DNA from: a virus
Taxonomy: Duplodnaviria > Caudoviricetes
Length of the DNA stretch: 62,337 bases
IMG/VR virus record: IMGVR_UViG_3300025128_000029
Span: 1 to 62,337 of that record
Strand: one strand, 5' to 3'
A program made the translations under genes and the position numbers. The notes beneath the pieces were generated by a model. That model was not told the origin of the DNA. It saw only the letters and a list, made by a program, of their open reading frames with translations, and searched no databases. This document shows positions 1 through 9,807 of the stretch, piece after piece (position 1 is the stretch's first letter; each line of letters opens with the position of its first letter).

Positions 1-44
1 GCAATAGTATTTCCATCTTTATCTACTATGTTTGTTGTTGCCAT
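1..44 (-). CDS. 5' part of a tail-module hypothetical protein (MATTNIVDKDGNTI...), truncated by window edge
   Basis: ATG at 44-42 immediately after the stop of 45..533; open to position 1. Confidence 0.6.
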   Translation of the reverse strand, partial: MATTNIVDKDGNTI

Positions 45-533
45 TTAAGCCACCTTTTCTTTCTGTATGGTTAGTTCTTCGTTAATCTTCCAAGCATTTC
101 GCCATACTCTAGTGCTTGGCAGTTGTGACCTAGTACAAATAACCATTCTAGGTTTATTTGCTTTGTCGTAATCTTTCCACACATGTTGTGGAAGATCTTT
201 CATAATTAAATACTCTATAGCTCGTTCTTCTGTCATTGCCTCAATAGGCTTTGTATTGTGAAGCAAATACCCTCTTGTATGTTTAACAAAATCTGGTTTT
301 GCCTCATCCTTCTTTAACTCCCAGTATGCCTCAACTGGAGGTAAAATGCCACCCTGTAATGCACAAGCCATCCAATTAGGATCTGGGTGCGTTACTTTTG
401 CAGGTGCATCAGGTTCTTCAGGATCTTCCCATACGACACAATACTCTGTTCTATAAGGCTCTAGCTTTTCTTTCGCCCAACACAATCTTTCCCAAAGATG
501 TGTGCCTTGAAATTCTGGTGTTTCTATTGTCAT
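45..533 (-). CDS. conserved phage hypothetical, tail fibre/assembly module
   Basis: 162-aa ORF coupled to neighbours; position within tail module. Confidence 0.6.
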   Translation of the reverse strand: MTIETPEFQGTHLWERLCWAKEKLEPYRTEYCVVWEDPEEPDAPAKVTHPDPNWMACALQGGILPPVEAYWELKKDEAKPDFVKHTRGYLLHNTKPIEAMTEERAIEYLIMKDLPQHVWKDYDKANKPRMVICTRSQLPSTRVWRNAWKINEELTIQKEKVA

Positions 534-913
534 GCTAAATCTCCAAATACTGCACCTGATGGTTGAGTATCACCTGCACTACCATCAGTAGAACCAATAC
601 CTTTTTGTCTAACTCTAGTAGTAAGCACACCAGTAGTTAATATTATATCATTTCCTGTTGTATTAAGTGTGGCACAAGGATAGGCATAGTCATCATTTGC
701 CATATTATTAGTAAAGTTAAAATCATACGTTGAACCTGCCACATCAGTTAAAGTAGATATATTAAAATCATCTTTTAAAGTAACATCATTAGAACTCCAC
801 CATACTTTAGCAACACCATTAAAAACATAACTTGTATCAACAGACTTAACTGTACCAGACTTAACTGAATCAGATGTTGATAATGTATCAAATGCTATTG
901 TTCCGTTTGCCAT
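530..913 (-). CDS. small tail-fibre-associated module protein (GDLA-ending family)
   Basis: AKVW...DDFNIS...F.NNM.N..Y motifs, ends VFGDLA; paralog of 913..1386, 61701..62069, 62069..62337. Confidence 0.6.
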   Translation of the reverse strand: MANGTIAFDTLSTSDSVKSGTVKSVDTSYVFNGVAKVWWSSNDVTLKDDFNISTLTDVAGSTYDFNFTNNMANDDYAYPCATLNTTGNDIILTTGVLTTRVRQKGIGSTDGSAGDTQPSGAVFGDLA

Positions 914-1386
914 TATGCTAGGTCTCCATGTATATTATTTGATACATAATTAAGGTCTTGAGAACCTGAAGCACTTGCTCCTGCATGGTTTGCAGTTATT
1001 CTTAAAGTACTTGTTGTAACAGAGCCATCTTGTAATGGTTGAGGACTATAAACAAAAGCTGTTGTATCACCTGCTGGAGCAGCTTTACCACTTACAGTAT
1101 ATCCTTCTGCTGTAGCCATGTTACTTGTAATAGCATAAGTTGTATCTCCTGCTGCATTATCTGATTGCACAGAAAAATTAAAAGAATCAGCAACTACTGG
1201 ACTTGTTGAATCTAGTGCATAAGCAATCCATCCTTTACATAATCCTTGTTGAATACTTGTCTGTGCTGAACCCTCACCTCTAATAGTCATAGAGTTTGCA
1301 CTTGCACTTACTACAGGTGTTGAGCCAATGGTTATGGTTGTTGCAGTGGACTTGCCTGTGATTGTGTCTAGGATTACTGTACTCAT
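913..1386 (-). CDS. small tail-fibre-associated module protein (GDLA-ending family)
   Basis: CKGW...DSFNFS...GDT...SNM motifs, ends IHGDLA. Confidence 0.6.
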   Translation of the reverse strand: MSTVILDTITGKSTATTITIGSTPVVSASANSMTIRGEGSAQTSIQQGLCKGWIAYALDSTSPVVADSFNFSVQSDNAAGDTTYAITSNMATAEGYTVSGKAAPAGDTTAFVYSPQPLQDGSVTTSTLRITANHAGASASGSQDLNYVSNNIHGDLA

Positions 1387-1388
1387 CT

Positions 1389-1673
1389 CTAACCTTTCGG
1401 ATACTTGTCTTTAACAGCTTTGATTGCAGCTTGAAATGTATCTCCACCCACACCTGCATGATACATCATGTCTAATTGTTCTGCTATTGCAGGATATTCT
1501 TCTTGTCTTTTTTCTACATATGCTATTGATGACATTTTAGTTTTTATATCTGTTTTAGATATTTCTGATGTTCCCCCTAACCATTCAATTTTACAATTAT
1601 CTATATCGTCTCCTCTAACAACAACTTCAGCTTTAGGATTAATAGCTTTTATTGCATCAATTACTTTTTTCAT
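1389..1673 (-). CDS. tail fibre assembly/chaperone-like small protein
   Basis: C-terminal KRQEEYPAIAEQLDMMYH...VKDKYPKG motif typical of small genes following marine phage fibre genes. Confidence 0.55.
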   Translation of the reverse strand: MKKVIDAIKAINPKAEVVVRGDDIDNCKIEWLGGTSEISKTDIKTKMSSIAYVEKRQEEYPAIAEQLDMMYHAGVGGDTFQAAIKAVKDKYPKG

Positions 1674-2152
1674 TATGCTCTTATCTCCGTAAGTTTAATT
1701 GTATAACGCTGACCATCTGTACCTGTGCTTGTTGTACCTCCAGACGCAGTTGATAAACGAAGTTTATACGTTTGTGAACTGGTTGAAGAGGGGCTATCCG
1801 TGCCGAATACAGACATAGGAGAAGAATTAGCAATCGCAGAACCAAGAACAGCTGTTGTAATAGCACTGTCTGAGGAGTCTGTTATATACAAACTAGCAAA
1901 AGCATTACTACCACCAACTACTACTTGCATCCTACTAACATATCCTTCAATATGTATTACACTATCAGTAAATTGAGGAGTTATCGAAGCAGTAATTAAG
2001 TCAGAAGCACTAGTTGAAGAAGAAGAGACAGTTGATGTAGACGTATTAATTACACTTTGTATAACATGACCACTAACATTCAACCCTAAATCAGTTGGTT
2101 TTGGCACTGAACCATTTACTTTTTGTATTGTATCTACTTTAATTGTACTCAC
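1673..2152 (-). CDS. tail fibre module protein (Ser/Thr-rich beta-sandwich)
   Basis: MSTIKVDTIQ N-terminus, VIQ...ITP....S.I motif, S/T-rich. Confidence 0.55.
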   Translation of the reverse strand: MSTIKVDTIQKVNGSVPKPTDLGLNVSGHVIQSVINTSTSTVSSSSTSASDLITASITPQFTDSVIHIEGYVSRMQVVVGGSNAFASLYITDSSDSAITTAVLGSAIANSSPMSVFGTDSPSSTSSQTYKLRLSTASGGTTSTGTDGQRYTIKLTEIRA

Positions 2153-2604
2153 GATATCACCAACCTTCCACCACTATTGACAGTCAATGTAACGCTATCT
2201 GCTATTGTAAATGTTCCAGTAACTTGTGCGTTTTCTGTAGCAAGTATTGTTGTATCAATAGTTAAACTTTGTGCGTTAAGTCTAAACATACCACCATTCT
2301 TAAAGTTACCTTTGTTCTCTTCTGCAGGGGTTACATTTCCTGCAGCTAATCCAAGAAAATATACAAAAACATTACCTGTTCCACTTGAGGGTGCATCACC
2401 TGAACCAAAAGTAAGAGTAGACCCATCAGGAACAGTGTAACTAGAACTGTCTTGCACAACACCATCTACTGATACTATTATTGATTGCACATTAGATATT
2501 GATCTACCTAAAGCAAAGGTTAATGTTGAACCATTACCATTAAATCTGACTACTGAAGGTAGAGATTGAAAATTAGCAGGTACATTATTTCCTATATATG
2601 CCAT
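2149..2604 (-). CDS. tail fibre/baseplate-wedge-like protein
   Basis: MAYIGN start, FNGNGSTLTFAL...IIVSVDGVVQ repeat-type domain. Confidence 0.55.
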   Translation of the reverse strand: MAYIGNNVPANFQSLPSVVRFNGNGSTLTFALGRSISNVQSIIVSVDGVVQDSSSYTVPDGSTLTFGSGDAPSSGTGNVFVYFLGLAAGNVTPAEENKGNFKNGGMFRLNAQSLTIDTTILATENAQVTGTFTIADSVTLTVNSGGRLVIS

Positions 2605-2939
2605 TAGGGTGTTATCTCCATAATACTTAATACTGTATCTAAACTATTAGCAATATCACAAGAAACAGTTAAAGTATGTCCAGCTTTCATAATAATTTTA
2701 TTTCCTGCCATGAATTCAAAACTACTACCTACAGGGATAGGAATTGCTTTAGCAAGAAACACTGTTTGTCCTGCACTTAGTTTAATATTTGCTGAAATTT
2801 GACTAGTACCTGTATTACATAAAGTTAGTCCTATAACAACTGTTGATGTTACAGTTGAACCTGCTGTATAGATATTCATTCCTGTACTAGCAGAAGTGTT
2901 ACTTCCATCAAAGACAGCATTTAAAAAGGTATTAGCCAT
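2604..2939 (-). CDS. virion structural protein (tail)
   Basis: MANTF start, beta-rich 111 aa, coupled in tail operon. Confidence 0.55.
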   Translation of the reverse strand: MANTFLNAVFDGSNTSASTGMNIYTAGSTVTSTVVIGLTLCNTGTSQISANIKLSAGQTVFLAKAIPIPVGSSFEFMAGNKIIMKAGHTLTVSCDIANSLDTVLSIMEITP

Positions 2940-2948
2940 TAATTACTC

Positions 2949-3416
2949 CTATGCTACATCATCTATGAGAGCTGCCACTATTAGATTAACTACTGCGTCA
3001 CCTGTATCACCTATATCTGACGATATGGCATGTAAATTTCCAACTGTTGTATTAGGTAATCTTCCAAACCATGTTTGAGAAGGTCCGATAAACACACCAT
3101 CTGCAACATCATTAGCAGCAGTGCCTCCATCAAATACAAGATATACACCATCTCCTGTGCTAGTGTTTTTAACCAAAAGAAACTTTACTTTATCATTTGC
3201 ATGAACTGCTGTGGGTGCTGTGTCATCATCAACAGCAGTATAATCTAAAAAATACCCTGCAATTAAATCTGTGTTTGTTGCTGTACAAGAAGTTAGTTTG
3301 TAATACCATTTATCATTTGCATCATCTGGTGTAACAGTCATGCTCCCTGATATTGTTTTAGCAATTTCATCAGGTAGTATAGTTGCCTGAATTGTTACTG
3401 TAGCGTCATCTGCCAT
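2949..3416 (-). CDS. virion structural protein
   Basis: 155-aa acidic beta-rich ORF with GGAG RBS in tail operon. Confidence 0.5.
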   Translation of the reverse strand: MADDATVTIQATILPDEIAKTISGSMTVTPDDANDKWYYKLTSCTATNTDLIAGYFLDYTAVDDDTAPTAVHANDKVKFLLVKNTSTGDGVYLVFDGGTAANDVADGVFIGPSQTWFGRLPNTTVGNLHAISSDIGDTGDAVVNLIVAALIDDVA

Positions 3417-3433
3417 TTATTTTCTCCTTTATA

Positions 3434-5374
3434 TTATCCCAAAGCTATAGCTAATGCTGTGGGGTCTTCACTACTAAACCCTTGAGCATTCATTAATGTT
3501 ATTAATCTTGATAGAGCAGCTTTTCTGTTTGTTCCTGCTCCTGCATCATCAACAATAATCAGATCAGAAGTTGTTAAATCAGCACCTATATCTGTGCCAC
3601 CATCTATTTCTAATGCAGTTAGTGCTACTTTCCCTGCTGTTGTCAATTGTGCTAATTTAGTATCAGCTATTGCTGCTCCCGAAGCTACACTTGCATTGAC
3701 AACTGCATTCGCTGCTAACTTATCTGCCGTGACGGCATCATCTGCTAAATGAGCTTCATCAATAGATCCATCAGTATAATGCTCTGAATCTAGAGCGTCA
3801 TCTGCAATTTTTGCACCTGTTACAGCATCGGCTGCAATCATAGCAGTTTCTACAGAAGTATTTGCTATCGTAACTACTCCAGCATTTGTCATAGTAACGT
3901 CACCACTCAATGCAGCAGCAGTGAATCCAGTTCCATCACCTATTAGTATTTGTGTATCTGTAACTGCTTTTGCAGAAACAACACCAGAACTGTTAGCGTC
4001 TCTCACCAATACAGTATTCGCAGCTTGGTTAGCTATTTTCGCTAATGTAACTTGAGCATCAGCAATATGAGCAGTATCTATTGATCCGTCTGTGTAATGT
4101 TCAGAATTTATAGCATCATCGGCTATCTTAGCACCAGTGATTGCATCGGCTGCTATTTTAGCAGTTGTAACTTGTAAATCACCTAGATGAGCAGTGTCTA
4201 TTGAGCCATCTGTATAATGTTCGGAATCTATAGCATCGTCTGCTATCTTAGCCCCTGTTACAGCATCGGCTGCTAGATGTGCAGTGTCTATTGATCCGTC
4301 TGTATAATGTTCGGAATCTATAGCGTCATCGGCTATCTTAGCCCCTGTTACAGCATCGGCTGCAAGTTCAGCAGTTACAACCCCACCGTCTTTAATCGTG
4401 ACAGCACCACTAGATACAGCAAAATTATCAGAACTAAATGAAGCTACACCTTTATTGCTAGTTGTAGCATCTTCTCCTGCTATCGTAACTGTTGTTCCAG
4501 TTGCTGATGTATCAATACCTTCGCCACCAGCTATAGTTAAGGTTTCACTGTCTAAATCTATATCTATTGTACCACTATCTGATGTAACATCTAAATCTTG
4601 TGCTGTTACTTGTGAATCTACATATGCTTTAATTGATTGTTGCGAAGCAATAGAAGAAGCACTGTCTGAGGACATGTTATCTTCATCTTTAAATGTTAAA
4701 GCCACACTCCCCAAAGTAAGCTGACCATCTGGAACAACTAATCCAGCAGCTCCGTTTAAAATTAAATCATCTGCTGATGTATCCCAAGTCATGTTTGCTG
4801 ATGCAGTATCACCATAAAGAATTACATCGTAACCCTGATCGTTAGCACCGACAGTTATAGTATTGTCAATTTGTACAGCACCGTCTATGTCAACTGCATC
4901 TAGGTTTGTTGTACCATCTACATCAAGATCACCATTAAAATCTGCATTACCAGCTAGAGTTAAAGTGGTAGCCATATCGACTGCACCATCTATATCAACT
5001 ACATCTAAATTAGTTGTGCCATCTACATCAAGATCACCAGCAATATCTAAATTACCACCTGCATTAAGCGAAACAGCTTTTTCGGCTGGTTGAGTACAGA
5101 AAATACTTCGTGTTCCACTTGTCCAAACAACAGCAGAATTACTATTACTAGATTCTAAAATAGCTGTTCTAGCTAAAGTATTGCCAGAACTTGCATATGT
5201 GCCAACACCTACCTCAAAATCAACACCATCAGTACAACAATAATAGGTTGTGTTTGTATTACCTATGACAGTAGAAAATGTTCTAAACCCTGTTTCAGCA
5301 CCACCTAAAGTATAATCGCCTGACCCTGTGGTTGTAGAAGTTTCCTTAACTCTATCTCCTAAAATTAAAGCCAT
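3434..5374 (-). CDS. tail fibre protein
   Basis: N-terminal DRVKETSTTTGSG anchor domain, internal A/D/T-rich repeats, C-terminal TALAIALG. Confidence 0.75.
   Translation of the reverse strand: MALILGDRVKETSTTTGSGDYTLGGAETGFRTFSTVIGNTNTTYYCCTDGVDFEVGVGTYASSGNTLARTAILESSNSNSAVVWTSGTRSIFCTQPAEKAVSLNAGGNLDIAGDLDVDGTTNLDVVDIDGAVDMATTLTLAGNADFNGDLDVDGTTNLDAVDIDGAVQIDNTITVGANDQGYDVILYGDTASANMTWDTSADDLILNGAAGLVVPDGQLTLGSVALTFKDEDNMSSDSASSIASQQSIKAYVDSQVTAQDLDVTSDSGTIDIDLDSETLTIAGGEGIDTSATGTTVTIAGEDATTSNKGVASFSSDNFAVSSGAVTIKDGGVVTAELAADAVTGAKIADDAIDSEHYTDGSIDTAHLAADAVTGAKIADDAIDSEHYTDGSIDTAHLGDLQVTTAKIAADAITGAKIADDAINSEHYTDGSIDTAHIADAQVTLAKIANQAANTVLVRDANSSGVVSAKAVTDTQILIGDGTGFTAAALSGDVTMTNAGVVTIANTSVETAMIAADAVTGAKIADDALDSEHYTDGSIDEAHLADDAVTADKLAANAVVNASVASGAAIADTKLAQLTTAGKVALTALEIDGGTDIGADLTTSDLIIVDDAGAGTNRKAALSRLITLMNAQGFSSEDPTALAIALG
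3760..4365 (-). repeat. coding repeats of ~90 nt (30-aa AADAVTGAKIADDAIDSEHYTDGSIDTAHL)
   Basis: four copies of KIADDA(I/L)(D/N)SEHYTDGSID; the copies at ~4190-4365 are near-identical at nt level. Confidence 0.85.
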
Positions 5375-6226
5375 TTATGTTCTCCGAGACTGAGGTAACC
5401 CTCTTCTATACGCATCAGCATTTTCTCGTGCTTCTGCTAAATCTTTTAATCTTGCCACACTTTCTAAAAACCTACCATTATATAAATCTAATATATCTTT
5501 TTCACCTTTTAAGTAAGTATAAGCTTCAAATAACGATCCGTAAAGTAAAGCATTTTTTGCATTTTCACTTAACCATGTGACTGTAGTATCAGATCCTATT
5601 GCCGAAATAGTAGTCGTTGCACCACTACTTGAACCTGTAATCGTTTCTCCAACTGTAAAAGTTCCTGTGGGAACAACAACTATCGCTGAAGTAGTAGTCG
5701 GTTTGCTATTTAATGTAGTTGTTTGACCACTACTTGCACCTGTAATCGTTTCTCCATCTGTGAAGCTACTACTTAACGCAAGAGTTAAAGTTATTGTACT
5801 TTTAGTTAAACTCGTTGGTCTATAATAATAATGTAATTCTAACGCATACCCAGAATTAGGGGTAGGGGCTACTATAAAATGGTCTACATCAAAGCGTGCA
5901 TAATATTTAGGAAGACCTGTAGTAGAAGCACTCGGAGTATAGTCTCTTAAAAAGTTTACGTCTTTTTCAAGCAAAAAAGTTTCTGAACCAGAAGTCGTTA
6001 TCTGTAAAGAAAAAGGGGCAAGCAAATCACTAGGTACAGTTAAGTATTGGTCTGAAGAAGTAAAAGCCCCTGTTACATTTTTTCTAAAATATTCTAAATC
6101 GACTGATTTAAATAATCTTTCTTCAGCAGAAAATATGAAGTCAGGTAAATGAGTAATAAAACTACTTTCTTCTGTCTCAGTATAATCTTTTATTGCTGTT
6201 TTTAATTGTGTGTATGTATAACTCAT
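5375..6226 (-). CDS. head-tail adaptor / tail tubular protein A-like, with inserted domain
   Basis: YTYTQLKTAIKDY...AEERL, PTP..Y..ELHYYYRP, LLYGSLFEAY motifs; insert with two F..GETITG.SSG.T repeats. Confidence 0.65.
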   Translation of the reverse strand: MSYTYTQLKTAIKDYTETEESSFITHLPDFIFSAEERLFKSVDLEYFRKNVTGAFTSSDQYLTVPSDLLAPFSLQITTSGSETFLLEKDVNFLRDYTPSASTTGLPKYYARFDVDHFIVAPTPNSGYALELHYYYRPTSLTKSTITLTLALSSSFTDGETITGASSGQTTTLNSKPTTTSAIVVVPTGTFTVGETITGSSSGATTTISAIGSDTTVTWLSENAKNALLYGSLFEAYTYLKGEKDILDLYNGRFLESVARLKDLAEARENADAYRRGLPQSRRT

Positions 6227-6726
6227 TATCCCACCACCGTTACTGGACCTGCTGTTGCGATAGTTCCTCCACCTTTTGTGTTTGCTAAAGTTGCTGTTTC
6301 ACCATTAGCAGAAAAAGTATAAGAATCATCATTTACTTTGGTTATACTATATCCTGTCGCTTGTTGTAAAACAGATATTGTAAATCCAGCAAAAGGTTTT
6401 ACATTTCTAAAGCGAACCACATCATCAGTATCTCTACCATGATTTTTCTCAGTAACTGTAATAGTTGCTGTACCTATAGAACTTGAAGTAAAAGGGTTAG
6501 GTACTAACAATCTTTCTATAGCTACCTCCGTTCGATCTACTCTAGCATTATACAAAGCTTGAGGTTCAAAAGGAGGTTTTCTAGGGGTTAATTGGGGGTG
6601 TTTTTCTTCGTATTCAGATCTATGGACAATAAAACCATTCCACTCTTTTACTTTTTCTCTAAAAGGAAAGGCAAATCCACTACGGTCGGAAATAAATTTA
6701 GCTTTTTTACCAAGTGCAAATTTCAT
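6226..6726 (-). CDS. virion protein with C-terminal beta-barrel extension
   Basis: ISDRSGF.F..REKVKEWNG..V...EYEEKHPQL motif; ITVT..HG...D.V.F extension. Confidence 0.55.
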   Translation of the reverse strand: MKFALGKKAKFISDRSGFAFPFREKVKEWNGFIVHRSEYEEKHPQLTPRKPPFEPQALYNARVDRTEVAIERLLVPNPFTSSSIGTATITVTEKNHGRDTDDVVRFRNVKPFAGFTISVLQQATGYSITKVNDDSYTFSANGETATLANTKGGGTIATAGPVTVVG

Positions 6727-7391
6727 ATCAATCCATAATAAGTTGTACTAGGGGTTAAACTTAAACTTGCTCTATCCCTATCTTCAGCAGCAGCTCTTTC
6801 AAACTCTTCTTCATAAACTGCTTTTAATATTTTAATTCTATCTGGAGCTCTTTTCATAGCTAAATAATAAGCTAATCCTGCTGTTAAACAAGGATAAAAC
6901 CTAAAAGGCACATCAACAGTATTCACAGAAGCATCAGCATCTTGTATTCTAGTTAAAGCATCATAATATAAAACATCTGTACTGTTTTCTGGAGCTGACC
7001 ATATTTTTAAGTTAGGAGTTATCTGCCTATCTAAAAAGAACTGACTTGGTCTACCTGTAGTCGTTTTAGAAGGTAAATTAATATAATCATCCCTACTTAT
7101 TCTTGTCATAGAATAATCTATATTACTTCTTCTAACAACCATACTAAGGATATCTATCACATCAGCTCCTAATGTATAATCTACATCATTAGCTGTAAGA
7201 GCCTGTGTTCTTTGTGTAATAGTCCATTGATTTAAACCTCTGTTAGCCCAGTCTGCAAATAATAAATTCATAGAACGTCTGGCTGACCTTAAATCATACC
7301 CTGTGCGAATCTCAATTCCACATCTTTCAAATGCTTCTTCAATGTATTCAGCTACATCTATTTCAAAATCTACAGAACTTGAAGTTGCCAT
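6723..7391 (-). CDS. head-tail connector/adaptor protein
   Basis: IEEAFERCG...TGYDLRSARRSMNLLFADWANRGLNQW motif; GLAYYLAMK. Confidence 0.65.
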   Translation of the reverse strand: MATSSSVDFEIDVAEYIEEAFERCGIEIRTGYDLRSARRSMNLLFADWANRGLNQWTITQRTQALTANDVDYTLGADVIDILSMVVRRSNIDYSMTRISRDDYINLPSKTTTGRPSQFFLDRQITPNLKIWSAPENSTDVLYYDALTRIQDADASVNTVDVPFRFYPCLTAGLAYYLAMKRAPDRIKILKAVYEEEFERAAAEDRDRASLSLTPSTTYYGLI

Positions 7392-7394
7392 TTG

Positions 7395-7517
7395 TTAAGC
7401 CTTTTTCATTACTTTTTTCTTTTTACCCAACTTTTTAAAATCTGCTCCTGTTATTTTATTTCTGGGAGAAGCCATACTAGCTAACTTTTTTTGTTTAGGA
7501 GATAATTTCTTAACCAT
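7395..7517 (-). CDS. 40-aa Lys-rich microprotein (MVKKLSPKQKKLA...KITGADFKKL)
   Basis: read manually, below ORF-track cutoff; AGGAAAAG upstream. Confidence 0.6.
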   Translation of the reverse strand: MVKKLSPKQKKLASMASPRNKITGADFKKLGKKKKVMKKA

Positions 7518-7634
7518 TTACTTTTCCTTTCTGGGTCTTCCTCGACCTCTTTTCATAGGGGTCTCATTTATTTTACTACATTGGCATATCTTTGGAAAAA
7601 AAGATAAAACCCATTTATAAAATTTTGTTACCAT
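7518..7634 (-). CDS. 38-aa microprotein ending in AT-hook-like KRGRGRPRKEK
   Basis: read manually; fills the gap between neighbours exactly. Confidence 0.5.
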   Translation of the reverse strand: MVTKFYKWVLSFFPKICQCSKINETPMKRGRGRPRKEK

Positions 7635-7636
7635 AT

Positions 7637-7828
7637 CTAAGCCTTTTTAGTTACTTTTTTCTTCTTTTTCTTTTTAGGAAACCCTGCTTTCATATTGGCA
7701 TAAGCTTCTTTAGAAATAGTACTATTCTTTTTTGATCTAGAAATACCTTTTTTCTTTCTTTTATTAATGTTCGCATATAGTCCTGGTTTACTCACTTGCT
7801 TCTCCATGTTTCCTCGTGTCATAGCCAT
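7637..7828 (-). CDS. small Lys-rich protein (PGLYANINKRKKKG)
   Basis: TAATG overlap with upstream gene gives start at 7828. Confidence 0.6.
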   Translation of the reverse strand: MAMTRGNMEKQVSKPGLYANINKRKKKGISRSKKNSTISKEAYANMKAGFPKKKKKKKVTKKA

Positions 7829-8106
7829 TAACACTTCCACCTTTTTCTAGATTGACGTAAACGACTATTTGGGTTTTTCGCAGCTTTAGGGAACTTTTTC
7901 ATTTGACCTGCCGATCTAGCACAATAAGACTTACGTCTTTTTGCAGCTTTACTTCCAGGCTTGACCTTCCCTGTAACAGCAGTTTTTAATTTACTTCCAG
8001 GATTTGCTCTCCTATAAGCAGCAACTCCTTTCTTAGTCAAGCCAGCTCCACTTTTAGTGGGTCTTTTATGTCCAGACTTAATAGACATTTTAGGTTCTTT
8101 AGCCAT
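7828..8106 (-). CDS. small highly basic protein (DUF6321-like)
   Basis: GAGLTKKGVAAYRRANPGSKLK...RRKSYCARS...RKRWKC. Confidence 0.65.
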   Translation of the reverse strand: MAKEPKMSIKSGHKRPTKSGAGLTKKGVAAYRRANPGSKLKTAVTGKVKPGSKAAKRRKSYCARSAGQMKKFPKAAKNPNSRLRQSRKRWKC

Positions 8107-8115
8107 TTTCTACTC

Positions 8116-8739
8116 CTATGCGAAGAAAAATGTCATCATATCTATAGTTGCTATTGTATAAACAATATATAAACCATCTGTAAAAACAATACCTTCATCT
8201 GGTATGGTATTATCTATAGTTGTATTATCTGTGCCAATAGTCCTTGCTTTAAATAAAGCAGAGCCACCATCATTAGGATCACCATTAAAAAATTCTATTA
8301 CTCCTGCTGTTCCTCCAGAAACTATAGAATAACCTTTTAATCTTACTCTTCCTGCGTGAACAACATCTGCTGCTGCTGTCGCAGTTCCTGCTGTCATTGT
8401 TCCTGCTGGATTCCCCACAGCAGTAATGCTAGTAATTGTCTTAAAGTATTTTGTGCTTGTTGCTGTGTCAGAATCAACACCACTTACAGTTTCTGTTAGG
8501 GCAGTACCATTAATATCTGTGCCTACTACTGTAAAAGAAATACCACTATCATCGCCAGCCGAAACAAGAACTACTTTTCTAGCCGAGCCACCTAATGTAA
8601 CTGTGCCTCCCGAATGTAAAGCACCTCCAATAACGAAAGCTGCATTATTACCAACTGAAGCTGAAGCTGATATTCCATCTGGGTCGGCTGCTATCTCATC
8701 ACTAATAAATTTAGCTTGAACATCACTTTGTACACCCAT
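8116..8739 (-). CDS. virion structural/decoration protein
   Basis: beta-rich; C-terminal RLKGYSIV...IPDEGIVF..GLYI domain; downstream of capsid genes. Confidence 0.55.
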   Translation of the reverse strand: MGVQSDVQAKFISDEIAADPDGISASASVGNNAAFVIGGALHSGGTVTLGGSARKVVLVSAGDDSGISFTVVGTDINGTALTETVSGVDSDTATSTKYFKTITSITAVGNPAGTMTAGTATAAADVVHAGRVRLKGYSIVSGGTAGVIEFFNGDPNDGGSALFKARTIGTDNTTIDNTIPDEGIVFTDGLYIVYTIATIDMMTFFFA

Positions 8740-8759
8740 TTAAATCTCCTTATAAAAGT

Positions 8760-8782
8760 GTGGGGGTATGAGAACCCCCACT
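8760..8782 (-). terminator. intergenic hairpin, possible terminator/attenuator
   Basis: GTGGGGG-N-CCCCCAC inverted repeat. Confidence 0.45.
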
Positions 8783-8787
8783 AATGT

Positions 8788-9801
8788 TTACTCGTACATG
8801 TATCTATTAATCGCTTCGTAGCCAACATGTAATGTTTTAGCTTCTGCAGCGAGTGCTTGGATACCAATATAAGGAATAAAGTCTTTATCATCAGTTAAAG
8901 CTGATCCGAGTGTTGTTCCAGCAGCAGTATCAACTCCACCACCTGTTGCAGTAGAAGTTAATGAATACTGTGTTCCATTTATAAAAGCTGCTGGCTTTCT
9001 ATCACTATCAATGATTATTTTTAAATGATAAATAGTGTTAGCAGCGACAGCTAAATTCAAATCACTTAAATAATCTGTACCACCTACACTATAAGCAAAA
9101 TGCCAATTAGCTTGAGTTGTGATTGTACCTAAATCATCGTCAGTAGCATATATAAAGTATGCTTGATCAGCATCAGTAGCTATGGTTGGAGTGTTTGTTA
9201 ACTTTAGTCCAGCCCAAATACAAGTGTTTGTAATAGCTGCTCCTGTTGTAATAAGACATTCCCACTCAGTTTGATTCTCAGAACCCCACTTAGTTCCTGT
9301 CCAAGCTGTTTGATTAGTATCTAAATGTGGAAGAATAATAATTTGATCATTATCTGCTCCATCAAGAGTAAGTTCGACACCACCTCGAGTAGCTGAAAAA
9401 GTAACATCATCAGTAGATGCGTTAGTTCCTAATATCTCAAAATTTTTATTTGCAGCTTGAGTTGCAGCAAGAGCAGAGGCATTATCAGCATCTGGATCTA
9501 TAATATTAACTGCATTAAGAGCTGGTCTTTGTAGAAAAAATTCTTCTAAATAAACTCTATCAATAGCCCTTGCTGTTCTATTAATACCCTTTGCTCCAGA
9601 AATAGTAACTGTATTATTAGCTGTTGTTGCTCCTGTAAGAGTTGTTGCTCCTGTTACAGCAAGTGTGCCACCTATAGAGGTATTACCTGTTGTAGAGGAA
9701 ATTGAAGTATGAGTTGTTTCTACACCTGTTGCATCGGCTGTAGAAATAACGGATAAACCACCCTCAGCTCGGACGGTTCCTTTAAAAGTTGTATTAGCCA
9801 T
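8788..9801 (-). CDS. capsid-associated fibre/decoration protein
   Basis: MANTTFKGTVRAEGG N-terminus typical of genes after this MCP type; C-terminal lectin-like beta domain. Confidence 0.55.
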   Translation of the reverse strand: MANTTFKGTVRAEGGLSVISTADATGVETTHTSISSTTGNTSIGGTLAVTGATTLTGATTANNTVTISGAKGINRTARAIDRVYLEEFFLQRPALNAVNIIDPDADNASALAATQAANKNFEILGTNASTDDVTFSATRGGVELTLDGADNDQIIILPHLDTNQTAWTGTKWGSENQTEWECLITTGAAITNTCIWAGLKLTNTPTIATDADQAYFIYATDDDLGTITTQANWHFAYSVGGTDYLSDLNLAVAANTIYHLKIIIDSDRKPAAFINGTQYSLTSTATGGGVDTAAGTTLGSALTDDKDFIPYIGIQALAAEAKTLHVGYEAINRYMYE

Positions 9802-9807
9802 ATATAT

